From sequence record NC_041919.1: 64,000 nucleotides of DNA; one strand, given 5' to 3'. Position numbers and translations under genes: made by a program. The stretch is from Escherichia phage HP3. Below the pieces are notes generated by a model. That model ran no database searches. It was not told the origin of the DNA and saw only the letters and a program-made list of their open reading frames with translations. Each line of letters starts with the position of its first letter. Positions within the stretch are counted from its first letter, which is position 1. This document shows positions 63,368-64,000 of the stretch, one piece after another.

Positions 63368-64000
63368 ATGATTACCGTAAATGAAAAAGAACACATTCTT
63401 GAACAGAAATATCGTCCATCTACTATCGATGAATGTATTCTTCCCGCCTTTGATAAAGAAACCTTTAAATCTATTACAAGTAAAGGTAAGATTCCACATA
63501 TTATTCTTCATTCTCCTTCTCCAGGAACAGGTAAAACAACTGTAGCAAAAGCATTGTGTCATGATGTAAATGCTGATATGATGTTTGTGAATGGATCAGA
63601 TTGTAAAATTGATTTCGTTCGCGGTCCTTTGACTAATTTTGCCAGCGCCGCTTCATTTGATGGTCGTCAAAAAGTAATCGTTATTGATGAATTTGACCGC
63701 TCAGGATTAGCAGAGTCTCAGCGACATCTTCGTTCCTTTATGGAAGCTTATAGTTCAAACTGTAGTATTATTATTACTGCTAACAATATTGATGGTATTA
63801 TTAAACCACTTCAGTCACGCTGCCGAGTTATTACGTTCGGTCAACCGACCGATGAAGATAAAATTGAAATGATGAAGCAGATGATTCGTCGATTGACTGA
63901 AATCTGTAAGCATGAAGGAATTGCTATAGCTGATATGAAAGTTGTAGCAGCTTTGGTTAAAAAGAATTTTCCTGATTTTCGTAAAACTATTGGCGAGCTC
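63368..64000 (+). CDS. 44: Clamp loader large subunit gp44, N-terminal part (continues beyond window end)
   Basis: Walker A SPSPGTGKTT, Walker B VIVIDEFD, sensor SRC; ORF still open at 64000. Confidence 0.9.
   Translation, partial: MITVNEKEHILEQKYRPSTIDECILPAFDKETFKSITSKGKIPHIILHSPSPGTGKTTVAKALCHDVNADMMFVNGSDCKIDFVRGPLTNFASAASFDGRQKVIVIDEFDRSGLAESQRHLRSFMEAYSSNCSIIITANNIDGIIKPLQSRCRVITFGQPTDEDKIEMMKQMIRRLTEICKHEGIAIADMKVVAALVKKNFPDFRKTIGEL

Overview
The window is a contiguous segment of a T4-like (T-even, Tequatrovirus-type) lytic phage genome, in reverse orientation relative to the usual T4 map. Many predicted proteins match my recollection of T4 proteins almost residue for residue (lysozyme e, endonuclease V, RegB, thymidine kinase, rI, NrdC, endonuclease VII, the gp17 N-terminus), but with scattered substitutions, so this is a close relative rather than T4 itself. 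All identifications are from reading the sequence and from memory; no database search was run. Layout: (1) 1-18876, minus strand, late structural block: gp17 start, 16, 15, 14, 13, wac, 12, 11, 10, 9, 8, 7, 6, 5.4, 5.1, 5, 53. (2) 18924-22297, plus strand: 4, 2, 3, 1, 57A, 57B. (3) 22301-29930, a hyperplastic accessory region: four internal-protein-like genes carrying capsid-targeting N-termini, hairpin-embedded early promoters, an 11-gene tRNA cluster, a GC-rich structured non-coding stretch, and small membrane proteins. (4) 29926-37299: nudE, e, denV, a GrcA-like glycyl-radical cofactor with host-like codon usage, regB, a macro-domain protein, tk, rI. (5) 37296-48150, an ~11 kb block of uncharacterised early genes between rI and nrdC, including a promoter-to-terminator unit ending in a Pol-beta-type nucleotidyltransferase, a separately transcribed AAA+ ATPase, and a tandem array of four paralogous 295-340 aa proteins. 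(6) 48395-64000: nrdC, pin-like, 49, intronless nrdD, a free-standing HNH endonuclease inserted in front of nrdG, nrdG, small ORFs, 55, a-gt, 47, 46, rpbA, 45, 44 start. No CRISPR array, integrase or transposon was seen. The most plausible candidates for an undescribed system are the four-paralog array (43803-47762), the 38533-41285 transcription unit with the nucleotidyltransferase, and the reshuffled internal-protein cassettes; none can be assigned a function from sequence alone.
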